Made by a program: the position numbers and the translations under genes
Notes under the pieces: generated by a model
The model's database searches: none
What the model saw: only the letters and a program-made list of their open reading frames with translations
Told to the model about the DNA's origin: nothing
From: Octopus sinensis
Lineage: Eukaryota
Assembly: GCF_006345805.1 (NCBI RefSeq)
Contig: NC_043014.1
Coordinates: forward strand, 53,506,001-53,570,000
Direction: 5' to 3'
Length of the DNA stretch: 64,000 nt
In this document: positions 17,942 through 30,589 of the stretch, piece by piece
Layout: the number at the start of each line of letters is the position of its first letter
Position numbering within the stretch: position 1 is the first letter of the stretch

Positions 17942-18171
17942 AGGCGGCGAGCTGGCAGAAATGTTAGCACGCCGGGCGAAATGCGTAGCCGTATTTCGTC
18001 TGTCGTTACGTTCCGAGTTCAAATTCTGCCAAGGTCGACTTTGCCTTTCATCCTTTCGGGGTCGATAAATAAGTACCAGTTACGCACTGGGGTCGACGTA
18101 ATCGACTTGAACCGTTTGTCTGTCCTTGTTTGTCCCCTCTGTGTTTAGCCCCTTGTGGGTAGTAAAGAAAT
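17942..18171 (+). mobile_element. tRNA-derived SINE family B, near-intact copy; others at ~16760-16940(-), 42603-42812(+), 45090-45295(-), 47835-48020(-), 49670-49903(-), 54385-54580(+)
   Basis: Pol III A-box-like ctggcagaaatg and B-box-like gagttcaaattc; recurs many times; central domain resembles a Meta-SINE-type core (inference). Confidence 0.85.
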
Positions 18172-18427
18172 ATATATATATATATATATATACATACATA
18201 TACATATACTGAATCCAAACAAAGAAGAACAAACACGAAAAAGCAATAATGTGAGGACATGGTACAAGAACTGTATTATCAGACACTCAGGAAAGGAAGG
18301 AAAGACGATTTAACATTTTGAGCCAAGCTCTTCTTCAGAAATCAAAGGAAGTCCAAAGGAAGGGAAGACGGAGGAAGAAAATTGCCAACAACTCACACGC
18401 AGTTACATGTGTATATATATATATATA

Positions 18428-18472
<45 letters not shown>

Positions 18473-18477
<5 letters not shown>

Positions 18478-18845
18478 GCTGTGTGGTAAGTAGCTTACTA
18501 ACCAACCATATTTTTCCGGGTTCAGTCCCACTGCGTGGCATCTTGGCCAAGTGTCTTCTGCTATAGCCCCGGGCCGACCAAAGCCTTGTGAGTGGATTTG
18601 GTAGACGGAAACTGAAAGAAGCCTGTCGTATATATATGTGTGTGTATGTGTTTGTCTCCCTAGCATTGCTTGACAACCGCTGCTGGTGTGTTTACGTCCC
18701 CGCCACTTAGCGGTTCGGCAAAAGAGACCAATAGAATAAGTACTGGGCTTACAAAGAATAAGTCCTGGGGTCAATTTGCTCGACTAAAGGCGGTGCTCCA
18801 GCATGGCCGCAGTCAAATGACTGAAACAAGTAAAAGAGTAAAAGA
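18473..18845 (+). mobile_element. tRNA-derived SINE family A; others at ~11045-11192(-), 20569-20964(-), 21635-22018(+), 26183-26303(-), 26390-26770(+), 51930-52080(+)
   Basis: gtggctgtgtggtaag...ggttcagtccca (A/B boxes), internal (TG)n, 3' cagcatggccgcagtcaaatgactgaaacaa; many near-identical copies. Confidence 0.9.
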
Positions 18846-18881
18846 GTATATATATGTATATATTTATGTGGATATATATAT

Positions 18882-18958
<77 letters not shown>

Positions 18959-19360
18959 AAGATATAGATATATATTTATGTATACACATTGACACACACA
19001 TTGGGTTTCTTTCAGATTCCATCTTCCACTTATGAAATCCACTAACAAGGCTTTGGTTGGCCCACAGCTTTAGTAGAGCACCCATTTCTATGGTGCAACG
19101 CAAGCGGATTGAACTCAAAACCCCATGTAACCATCTCTCCATCAATCTTCTACCTGCCACACTCAGGTATTGTAAACAATATTTATCTCCCTACACTTTG
19201 TATCCTTATTACTTTTCTTTTTCACCTCCTCTTCCTCCCTACTGACCCACTCCTACTTCCTTCTCTTCCTCCTCCCCACATTCACTGCATCCACCTCAAC
19301 CCCCATCCCTAATCCGCTGTCACACACTTTCCACATTCTTGAAACTTACCTACCAACCCA

Positions 19361-19446
<86 letters not shown>

Positions 19447-19987
19447 ATGAGGAAGCCAGAAATTCACTCCTTCAGCAAGACACCCCTTGAACCCGATTCA
19501 GCTTAGAGGGTCCTTCTTTCATGAGTTAGTGCTGGTGTCACAAAAAGAGTGCCCAGCACATACAGTCAAGTGTGAAAAACGTCCAATTGTAGAAACCATG
19601 CCAAAGCAGCCGATGGAGTCTGGCACAGCCCTTTGGCTTGTCACTTCCATTCGGTTCCCATCAAACTGTCCAATCCATGGCAACATAAAGGATGCAACTT
19701 TAACTAACGATGATGAGGGTATCGTTAGGGAAACCAGTAATTTCCTTGTGAAAGCATTTGTTGCATCTCCAAATCGTTTTTCTCTTTGCATTGGGCCTAC
19801 CTGGATTCCTTGAGCAGGAACCCACTTGCTTGTGGCAGAGGGACAGCCTAGGTAACAACCTGTTGGGAAGAGAAATACTTTTGAAGCATATTCTGCTACA
19901 GATAAGTATGTGTGCATATACACATCCATAAATAGATATACACATATTAAAAAAAATACATACATACATAAACACATAGAGTAAATA

Positions 19988-20023
<36 letters not shown>

Positions 20024-20964
20024 TATATATATTATATATATACGCATGAACACACATGCATATGTGTGTATCCCATTCTACATAGAGATGGTTGGCAAGA
20101 CAGCTAAATAAACACATAGAGAGGGGGACAAAGAGAAAGGAAGGAGAAAGAGGTGTAAAAAGAGGGTTGGTAAACAGACAGTTCTATAGAGAGATATACA
20201 GAAAGAAGAGAGAGAGAGAGAGAGAGAGAGAACTGACAGAGGGGATGGGAAGGACAGAGTAAATTTTAAAAGTTAGGGAAATGGATAGATTGCTGTTGAA
20301 TGCAAACACACACCCATACACATACATCCTTTTTACTATGACTACAAGGTTTGAGATTTATGGGGTGATGGTGGTGGGTAGAGTTAATTATGTTGACCCC
20401 AGTGTTCCACTGCTACTCACTTGATCGCCCACAAAACTATGAAAGGCTAAAATCAACCCCAAATTGTAAAGACAAGAAATGTCACAAAGCATCCAAATGA
20501 TTCTGTCAGCTCCCCGTCTCACATGCACACACATATATATACATGTGTGCGTGAGTGTGTCTATATTTTCTCTCTTTTACTTGTTTCAGTCATTTGACTG
20601 CGGCCATGCTGGAGCACCACCTTTAATCGAGCAACTCAACCCCGGGACTTATTCTTTGTAAGACCAGTACTTATTCTATAGGTCTCTTTTGCAGAACCGC
20701 TAAGTGACGGGGACATAAACACACCAGCATCGGTTGTCAAGCAATGCTAGGGGGACAAACACAGACACACAAACACACACGCACATAATATATATACATA
20801 TATACGACGGGCTTCTTTCAGTTTCCGTCTACCAAATCCACTCACAAGGCATTGGTCAGCCCGAGGCTATAGTAGAAGACACTTGCCCAAGGTGCCACGC
20901 AGTGTGACTGAACCCGGAACCATGTGGTTGGTAAGCAAGCTACTTACCACACAGCCACTCCTGC

Positions 20965-21036
<72 letters not shown>

Positions 21037-21037
21037 G

Positions 21038-21073
<36 letters not shown>

Positions 21074-21421
21074 TCAGAAGAGATCAGAGTAGTAACTCTG
21101 ATCTCTTGTTGAGCAATTTTGCTTGTTGCAAATCAGTGACCGATGGTTGCTTTGTTCACAATATATTTGCTGGCTGGAGCAGACCCTGGCTATTGCTCTG
21201 GCGACAAAAGTGCTCGCGACTGAGGATGAGCCAACCAATTTGAAACTGAGTCAGTCTCGTTGTCTGCTAGGGGATGGTAGGGGTTTGCGCCCCCTGCCAG
21301 CAATATTTATTGAATATAAAAGGTGCAGCATCACACCAATAACCCACTGGCAGAAGATTTGCCCGGGATCAAACTAATAGTAACATGGAACAGCCACTTT
21401 GATGTGGTGATTGTCTTTACT

Positions 21422-21488
<67 letters not shown>

Positions 21489-21569
21489 CAGTGAGTGGAC
21501 AAATAAAAGAAAGGGCACTCAGCACATTTATTGGGAGTTACATGTATAGATCAAAACAGTTTATTTGGA

Positions 21570-21623
<54 letters not shown>

Positions 21624-22142
21624 ATATATATTATGCAGCAGGAGTGGCTGTGTGGTAAGTAGCTTGCTTATCAACCACATGGTCCTGGGTTCAGTCCCAC
21701 TGCATGGCACTTTGGGCAAGTGTCTTCTACTATAGCCTCGGGCCGACCAAAGCCTTGTGAGTGCATTTGGTAGACAGAAACTGAAAGAAGCCCGTCATAT
21801 GTGTGTGTGTGTGTGTATTTGTTGTCTGTGTTTGTACCCCCACCATCACTTGAAAACCGATGTTGGTGTGTTTATGCCCTTGTAACTTAGCAGTTTGGCA
21901 AAAGAGACCAATAAAATAAGTATTAGGCTTACAAAGAATAAGTCCTAGGGTTGATTTGCTCGATTAAAGGCAGTGCTCCAGCATGGCCACAGTCAACATG
22001 ACTGAAACAAATAAAAGAAGATATATATACTTTGATACTTTGATAGGTTTCGGCCATTATTGGCCCAGGCCATGTCTAACTTAATAGCACCACCTGATAT
22101 ATATATATACATATATATATACATATATTTATGTATAATATA

Positions 22143-22421
22143 TCTAATATATTAAATGCAAATGTCAGTGTGTCACACTTTCTCAACTTTACTCCTAGAG
22201 GCCATAGCCTAACATATCATACCATTTTGGAATCAGGCTGACATCTGTGAGTAAATTAAAAAGATTCTGGGCTGAATCTGGACCCGTAATCGTGAAATTT
22301 TTGCACCAAATATGATCATTGGGATATGACTCTGGAGGAAGCAATTGCAACAAATTGTTCAAAACAAATCAGAGATCTGTTTGTAAATCTTCCCATTGGG
22401 AGTCAGTAGCTTAAAAGCTAG
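22143..22421 (+). mobile_element. Probable short non-autonomous Helitron
   Basis: Starts A|TCtaatatattaaa, ends agcttaaaagCTAG|T with a small subterminal hairpin, no TSD. Confidence 0.6.
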
Positions 22422-22475
<54 letters not shown>

Positions 22476-22570
22476 AATTATGCCAGCAGACACCTACCAA
22501 AAATCATTACTGTTGCTCCCATTGGAACACAAGGTAAAATCTATAATGAACTCCTCGCCTTTTCAAGAAC

Positions 22571-23937
22571 ATGAATTTTTTATATTTGACTCTATTGAAT
22601 GTATGTCACAATTATGAACTATTACATCATACTCTTTAAACATATAGCATGGACTCTCTTTATTATATATGAATTTTTTATATTTGACTCTATTGAATGT
22701 ATGTCACAGTTATGAACTATTACATCATACTCTTTAAACATATAGCATGGACTCTCTTTATTATATATGAATTTTTTATATTTGACTCTATTGAATGTAT
22801 GTCACAATTATGAACTATTACATCATACTCTTTAAACATATAGCATGGACTCTCTTTATTATATATGAATTTTTTATATTTGACTCTATTGAATGTATGT
22901 CACAGTTATGAACTATTACATCATACTCTTTAAACATATAGCATGGACTCTCTTTATTATATATGAATTTTTTATATTTGACTCTATTGATGTAGTCACA
23001 GTTATGAACTATTACATCATACTCTTTAAACATATAGCATGGACTCTCTTTATTATATATGAATTTTTTATATTTGACTCTATTGAATGTATGTCACAGT
23101 TATGAACTATTACATCATACTCTTTAAACATATAGCATGGACTCTCTTTATTATATATGAATTTTTTATATTTGACTCTATTGAATGTATGTCACAATTA
23201 TGAACTATTACATCATACTCTTTAAACATATAGCATGGACTCTCTTTATTATATATGAATTTTTTATATTTGACTCTATTGAATGTATGTCACAGTTATG
23301 AACTATTACATCATACTCTTTAAACATATAGCATGGACTCTCTTTATTATATATGAATTTTTTATATTTGACTCTATTGAATGTATGTCACAATTATGAA
23401 CTATTACATCATACTCTTTAAACATATAGCATGGACTCTCTTTATTATATATGAATTTTTTATATTTGACTCTATTGAATGTATGTCACAGTTATGAACT
23501 ATTACATCATACTCTTTAACATATAGCATGGACTCTCTTATTATATATGAATTTTTTATATTTGACTCTATTGAATGTATGTCACAGTTATGAACTATTA
23601 CATCATACTCTTTAAACATATAGCATGGACTCTCTTATTATATATGAATTTTTTATATTTGACTCTATTGAATGTATGTCACAGTTATGAACTATTACAT
23701 CATACTCTTTAAACATATAGCATGGACTCTCTTTATATAATGAATTTTTTATATTTGACTCTATTGAATGTATGTCACAATTATGAACTATTACATCATA
23801 CTCTTTAAACATATAGCATGGACTCTCTTTATTATATATGAATTTTTTATATTTGACTCTATTGAATGTATGTCACAGTTATGAACTATTACATCATACT
23901 CTTTAAACATATAGCATGGACTCTCTTTATTATATAT
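22571..23937 (+). repeat. 98-bp tandem satellite, 14 copies
   Basis: Unit atgaattttttatatttgactctattgaatgtatgtcac(a/g)ttatgaactattacatcatactctttaaacatatagcatggactctctttattatat; starts at 22571 and 22669 give period 98. Confidence 0.97.
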
Positions 23938-23943
23938 AAAAAA

Positions 23944-23990
23944 ATGTTTTTGATAAGGTTCGTCATTTCAAGAACCGAAACATGTTAAAT
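23944..23990 (+). ncRNA. Hammerhead ribozyme-like motif, U3/A8 core variant
   Basis: TTGATAA-ggttc-(10 nt loop)-gaacc-GAAAC-at-GTT; perfect 5-bp stem II, palindromic stem III ACATGT, weak stem I. Confidence 0.55.
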
Positions 23991-24046
23991 TAAAATTTGT
24001 CTAATATAGCAGCATATTCAAACTTCATTTTTTACAAATATATATA

Positions 24047-25107
24047 TATATAAATTAAATTAGAGATAAAACCACTATTAGGCAAATCAAACAGTGAAAA
24101 ACATAAACCAAAACATAAAAATAAAATATAATTAATATAATATACAAAATATATAAAATATAAAATTTTAAATTAAATTATTTAAATTTAAAAGTTTTTA
24201 ATTTATATTTATAAATTTTTATATTTTTTAATATTTTTTTAAAATCTTAAATTTATAAATTTTTAAACTTTTAAATATTTTAATATTTATATTTATTTAT
24301 ATATTTTTTATATAACTATCAAAAAGGTATTAAAAAGTTTAATATAATATAATAAGTAAAACCACTACGTACGTTTCATGGACATAACCCAATTCGAATT
24401 ACAATAATTTAAATTCAATTAAAAATTTGAATTATAATCATAGTCAATCTTCAGGTTAAAGATAATAGTTAAATAAATAAGCAAATATATTTAAACAATA
24501 TTTTTTTAAGAAATAAATAAAATAATAATTTTTCTTATAAAAAACTCTATTATCAAATTAGAAACTTTAACGATTACGATTATGTCATACAATCAAATTA
24601 TAATGTTAAATATTAATTTTTAAGGTAATAGATAATAGAGTTTATTATAAGAAAAATTATTATTTTATTTATTTCTTAAAAAATATTGTTTAAATATATT
24701 TGCTTATTTATTTAACTATTATCTTTAACCTGAAGATTGACTATGATTATAATTCAAATTTTTAATTGAATTTAAATTATTGTAATTCGAATTGGGTTAT
24801 GGCCATGAAACCTACGTAGTGGTTTTACTTATTATATTATATTAAACTTTTTAATACCTTTTTGATAGTTATAAATAAATAAATGTAAATATTAAAAAAT
24901 TAAAAGTTTAAAAATTTATAAATTTAAAAAAAATATAAAAATTTATAAATATAAATTATAAAATTTTAAATCTAAATAATTTAATTTAAAATTTTATATT
25001 TTATGTATTTTGTATATTATATTAATTATATTTATTTTTATGTTTTGGTTTATGTTTTTCATTGTTGATTTGCCTAATAGTGGTTTTATCTCTAATTTAA
25101 TTTATAT
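24047..25107. mobile_element. ~1.06 kb AT-rich fold-back element (arms ~24047-24554 and ~24631-25107) with one hammerhead-like motif per arm
   Basis: Arms are near-perfect reverse complements (e.g. tagagataaaaccactattaggcaaatcaa / ttgatttgcctaatagtggttttatctcta); CTGAAGA...GAAACgtacGTA on minus at 24361-24460 and CTGAAGA...GAAACctacGTA on plus at 24730-24818; flanked by (TA)n. Confidence 0.85.
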
Positions 25108-25182
25108 TTATACTGTGAAATTTGATTTAATCCTAAATCTAAATTTTCCCTGTAAGTTGGGATTACTCCCTAATATTATTAT

Positions 25183-25252
<70 letters not shown>

Positions 25253-25282
25253 GTGTGTGTGTGTGTGTATAAATAAATAAAT

Positions 25283-25530
25283 GCGCCCTTTTAAAGCCTA
25301 GCCAGACTCATGGGCCCAGTTTCCCGGTTTCTATGGCGTATGTGTTCCCCAGCTGGATGGGACACCAGTCCATCGCACCGTTACTCATTTTTGCCAGCTG
25401 AGTGGACTGGAGCAACGTGAAATGAAGTGTTTTGCTCAACAACACAACACGTCGCCCAGTCCAGGAATCGAAACCACAATCTTACGATCATGGTGCTGAC
25501 ACTGTAACCACTAAGCCTCGCGCCTCCACA
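25283..25530 (-). mobile_element. tRNA-derived SINE with V-domain-like centre
   Basis: ggaggcgcgaggcttagtggtt...ggtttcgattcc A/B boxes; gcgatggactggtgtcccatccag resembles the V-SINE domain. Confidence 0.7.
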
Positions 25531-25579
25531 CACATATGATAGATCGTTAGCTCCTACACGCATTTTTTTCTCTCCATGT

Positions 25580-25620
25580 TTTTTTCTGTCGAAGAGCATA
25601 GGCTCGAAACATAAAAGACT
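25580..25620 (+). ncRNA. Decayed minimal hammerhead motif (related copy on minus strand at ~18305-18340)
   Basis: CTGtcGA-a-gagc-atag-gctc-GAAACaTA; the 18.3 kb copy reads CTGAAGA-a-gagc-ttg-gctc-aAAAtGTT. Confidence 0.55.
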
Positions 25621-25991
25621 TTTTTCTATTCCTGAGCGCTATACTAATACATTTGTTTGTTTGTACTCCACCTGCCTTCGTCGTTTGTTTATTTTCATAA
25701 ACTTTCCCGTTATGTATATATATATATATATTTAATATTTTTTTATTTTTTATTTTTTTTATTTTTTATTTTTTATTTTTTTTATTTTTTTTTTTTGTAT
25801 TTTTTTTTTTTTTTTTTTTTTATTTTTTATTTTTTATTTTTTATTTATTCTCCTATCTAATTTAACACTGACTCCTTGACCACTCCCCCAAGTATGATTT
25901 TTTTTGCGCTATGCCTACCCCAAAAAGTCCCCCACCAACACCCCTTTAAACCTGCCTAAATGTATAAATGCCAATACAATTCTTGTTAACT

Positions 25992-26042
25992 AGCTTCCTG
26001 AAGATTTCTCTTGAATGAAACAGTTCTAGTCCTGTAGAAGCT
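25992..26042 (+). ncRNA. Type I hammerhead ribozyme, all core nucleotides intact
   Basis: agcttc-CTGAAGA-tttc tctt gaat-GAA-ACAG-ttctagtc-CTGT-A^-gaagct: 6-bp stem I, 3-bp stem II, 4-bp stem III, GUA triplet (predicted cleavage after 26036). Confidence 0.8.
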
Positions 26043-26301
26043 CCTTCTATATAATAAATTAATTTTACTCTGCTATGTATTGAGTACCTTATTACTGTGG
26101 TTAACCCCGAATCAACCCGGGACCTACATATATATATAATATATATATATATATATTATATATATATACAGCACATATATACTCACCAAGGCTTTGGTCG
26201 GCTTGAGGCTATAGTAGAAGACACTGCCCAAAGTGCCATGCAGTGGGACTGAACCCGGAACCATATGGTTGGTAAGCAAATTACCACACAGCCACTCCTG
26301 C

Positions 26302-26363
<62 letters not shown>

Positions 26364-27563
26364 TGGATAGATAGATAGATAGATAGATAGGCTGTGTGGT
26401 AAGTAGCTTGCTTATGAACCACATGGTTCTGGGTTCAGTCCCACTGCGTAGCACCTTGGACAAGTATCTTCTACTATAGCTGCGGGTCAACGAGCACTTT
26501 GTGAGTGGATTTGTTCGACGGAAACTGAAAGAAGCCCGTCATATGTGTGTGTGTGTGTGTATTTGTATGTCGGTGTTTGTCTACCCATCATCGCTTGACA
26601 ACCGATGTTAGTTTGTTTACATCAACGTAACTTAGCGGTTCGGTAAAAGAACCGGTAGAACAAATCCTAGGCTTACAAAGAATAAGTCCTGCGGTCGATT
26701 TGTTCGACTAAAGGCGGTACTCCAGCATGGCCGCAGTCAAATGACTGAAACAAATAAAAGGATAAAAGAACACACCCACCCACAGCCACACCGAGGGAGA
26801 GACATCAAAGAAAGTAAAGAGAGAAAAGAGACAAATGAATTTCGGAAACAAAAAAGAGACAAAAAAAAGAACCACATTTAAGACAGGAAAGAGAAATATG
26901 ATTTGCTGTAGATTGAAAGGTGCGTGATTGTACCCTTAGACATACATGCGTGTGTATGTACACACACACACACAGCACCACCACCACACGTCTATATATA
27001 AAGAGAAGGACAGAGAGAGAGAGATGCCTAAAGAGAAATAGGTGTATGTAGAGGTTGTGGTGGAGGAGGAGAAAGGAAATAGATAGAGAGAGAGGTGGGC
27101 GTCGTTGTCATCCGACCACCTGCCAACGACGCCAATAAACGTGAGACAACGTTCGTTTAAGGAGAAACCTTCATCAACAACAACACGGCTATTTTTCCCC
27201 TTCTTCTCTCTTTGTCCCCTTCCTCCTCCTTCGCTACATCTTTCTGCCTCCTGCTTCTCTTCTTCCATATCCTTCCTCCTATATTTTTTTTCTCTCCCTG
27301 CTTTCAGGGACGCTATTGTCTCCTCTCACTGCTACCTACTCCAGTTTCCCCCCCTCACTGTTCTTTATTCACCTCTTTCTTCTCCCCCAGAATCTCCTTT
27401 CTTTCTTTCTTTCTTTTTTTTCTGCCTGTCCGTCTGTCTGCCTCCCCACCGCCATTTTATCCTACTTGCCACAACAGTAAATAAGCTTTTAAAATCAAAT
27501 TGCCTGTGCATGACAACCTTCTGGCATACGCCTCGCCTCCACTGTCTGTCTGTCTGTCTCTAG

Positions 27564-27596
<33 letters not shown>

Positions 27597-27716
27597 TCAT
27601 GTATTGATACATACATACACATATATTTCTATGTATATGTATCTATATATGTGTGTGTCTATGTATTTATATATATACATACATATACACAAATATATGT
27701 ATGTATGTATATATAT

Positions 27717-27754
<38 letters not shown>

Positions 27755-28292
27755 CGAAATTATATATATATATATATATATAATTACATTTGGGTATTAA
27801 CCCTGGTGTGTACCCTACAAAGTTCATCCCACGGTACAGGATGTCAGATAATCTGAGATTGTTTCAAACACATGCCTGGAAATCCACAAGTATCTGTCTA
27901 AAATTCATTTGCACATCAATTTTATGCATAATTCTGATGAGTTGAGTCTGCGATGTGTCGTGGAAGTAACGCCTCATGAATAAATAGCTGCTCGTACTAT
28001 TGCATAATATAGTAATATTCACGAGATTGAATTTCAAGGAAACAATTGTAAATTGAGAGAATAAAAGGACTGCTTCACTCCATTCTTCTGCTTTATAATT
28101 ATAAATATATTATTACTATTATTATTATCTAAAATACTTTATTCGGCCCCATACAGCTTAAAGTTTTATTTGTCCACTCCAATTGTGTGTGTGTGTGTTT
28201 GTATACATACATAACTCTCACTCCCTCTCTAGGTAACTGTTTCTGCCTTCATTCTTGTTAATGTTCACTCTCTTTCTCTCTCACTCTTCTCT

Positions 28293-28323
<31 letters not shown>

Positions 28324-28609
28324 GGTTGGGTAACCATGGACCTCTTCTACAGCAAGACGCCCGTTTCTGCCCCTCTGTCACACTCTAATCTTTTTCCATC
28401 ATCTAACACAAGACCACCTCCTCCAATGTTTCCTCTCCTCTCAAAAATTCTTTGTCTTGCAAAGTCACTCAGTGACCCACCACCACCACCACCACCAGTG
28501 CAGGTGCCACTTAAAAAGCACCCAGTCCACACTGCAAAGTGGTTGGCATTTGGAAGGGCAGCCAGCTTTAAAAACCACACCAAAACTGACCTTACCTGTG
28601 CAAGACATT

Positions 28610-30060
28610 TACAATCACAAACTCATACATGACATCAACATCTTGGACAATTCCAGAAACAACAGAGAACTTGGAGACATTCCAATTTTCCAAGAGGAAG
28701 TCAAAGAGACAGGGCGGTTGCTCAAAGATGGGGAGTCCTCAGGAGTAGAAAACATTTGATCAGATTTCTTAAAACAAGGAGGGCCAAAGCTGTTACCTGT
28801 CAGAAGATATGGGAGATGAAGCAGTGACCAAAGGAGTGAACCCAATCACTCATGGTACCCATTCCCAAGAAAAACTACTTAAGGCTCTAACAGAAATTAT
28901 AGCACAATCAGCCTAATTAGCTACCCCTGCAAAGTATAGCTAAGAGTTCTGCAAGAAATCCTTACAGAAGATTTACGCCCAAGTGGAGGACTGTGGAGCA
29001 GGTACCAGGCTGCTCACTGACAAACATCTGCAGCACCAATCCGACCTCTGTTAACGACTTCAAAATAGGTGTTTGATGGTCATGTTTGGCATGATGGGTT
29101 GTGGTAGGTGCTGAAGAATTACAACTTTGACATCAACCTTAAAGAAGTAATCCAAGAACTGCATGAAAACTCACACAGTGCAATTCTCCTGAACAGCAAC
29201 ATCAGAAAATTCTTGAGGATAACAATGGCTATTTGACAAGGATGCAACCTCTCTCCAGTGCTTTACATTATCTTCCCTGGAGAACATCATGCAAGAGACA
29301 CTTCAAAACTTCCACCCACCTCTCCTCTGTCTCCATTGGAGAGCAGCTCATTTCCAACCTGCACTTTGCTGATGACATTGACCTATTAGAAAGTAAAGGA
29401 GCCAAATTCTAGGTTCTTGCCACCAGATTGGGAAAAGTATCAGGAGCATACAGGATGGAGATTAGTCCAAAAAAAGAGAAAGATCCTGGTTAATAATAAC
29501 AACCAACATCACACTGAATGGAAAGAGAGACTTGGTGAAGCAGTCACCTTCAAGTACTTAGGATCCACTCTGACCAAGGTTGGTGGATCTCAAAAGGAGG
29601 GAGCAACGAGGCTCAGTTTAGGCTCTGCTGCCATGATGAAGCTGAACACCATTTGGAAAAGCAACTCCATTAGTTTTCTGACTCTGTACAAGAGCCTGGT
29701 GACTTTTGATCCTTCTGAATGGGTTTGGGGAGTTAGACACTAACAGCCGACATGAAATGAAGAATCCAGGTATTTGAGTGCAAGTGCTGCTGCTACGCAT
29801 CTCTTACACAGAACTCAAAACAAACAGCTTTATCAGGCAGCAAGTCAACCAATATGCTGGCAGACAGGAACCACTCCTTGCACAGGTGAACAGATAAAAG
29901 CTTGCTTTGTACAGTCATGTATCTCACCAAAACCATATTTCTGCACACTGTAGAGGGAGGGCGAAAGCGAGATAGAGAAAATGCTGGCCTGACAACATCA
30001 AGGACTGGATAGGTCACAACATCACAACCTTGCAGCACATGACAAAGAATGGAGACCAGT
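28610..30060 (+). mobile_element. Degenerate non-LTR retrotransposon RT (RTE-like)
   Basis: Traces of PIPK, ISLISYPCKV, QGCNLSP, LHFADDIDL, FKYLGSTL, LYKSLV across frames. Confidence 0.8.
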
Positions 30061-30589
30061 AGTAACAGCAGAAGCTTCTAGAGTGGGACCTAGAAATTCT
30101 ACCTTGCTTGGAAACAGGTGAGGGTTGGCAACAGGAAGGGCATCAGGCAAGGTATTTACAATGTGAAACATGAAATGAAAGAAAGTCTGATTGGTGTGAC
30201 AGGGTCAGATGATATCAGTTGGGGGGCGTAGCTACTATATTGGATGTGATGTGTGACCAATCTTTTGCAACAACAATTTATAGAAGTTATGGAATAGTGA
30301 TGTAAACATAGAACAGAGAATAAAATATTGAAAGTTTATTTACCTGGTGGGCCAATTGTTCAACCTTGGATTACAGATGAAATGACATTGTGCATTGGAA
30401 GGGGAGAAAGCAATGAAAATGTAAATAGAGAAGGAAAGGAATAAGCAGGCCTGAAACATAAGCTTTATAATTATTGGTAGGACTTTCATAACTGAATGGG
30501 GTGTTATGAAGACAAACAGGAAAACAGAGAATTTGACTGAAAAAGAAAAAAAAAAATCAAGAATAATTTTTAAATGGTGATAGAAAATA

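Noticed and set aside
21218-21256. gactga-ggatga-gcc...GAAAC-tgag-tcagtc as a hammerhead
   Set aside because: Stem I pairing and an intact core cannot both be satisfied, and stem II does not pair.
22571-23937. Regular repeat array as a possible CRISPR or repeat protein
   Set aside because: Units are contiguous and identical with no unique spacers, there are no cas genes, the context is eukaryotic, and the 98-bp period is not a multiple of 3.
24047-25107. Mitochondrial control region or NUMT
   Set aside because: No mitochondrial tRNA, rRNA or protein traces; the structure is explained by an inverted repeat.
17942-26770. tRNA genes
   Set aside because: The A/B-box heads continue into SINE bodies, and no complete cloverleaf is evident.
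27934-27990. CTGATGA...ctcatGAAT as a hammerhead
   Set aside because: GAAA is broken and I cannot see stem I or stem III.
30340-30460. Orphan minus-strand exon with a CAG|gtaaat donor
   Set aside because: No recognisable peptide or partner exons, and it lies between LINE fragments.
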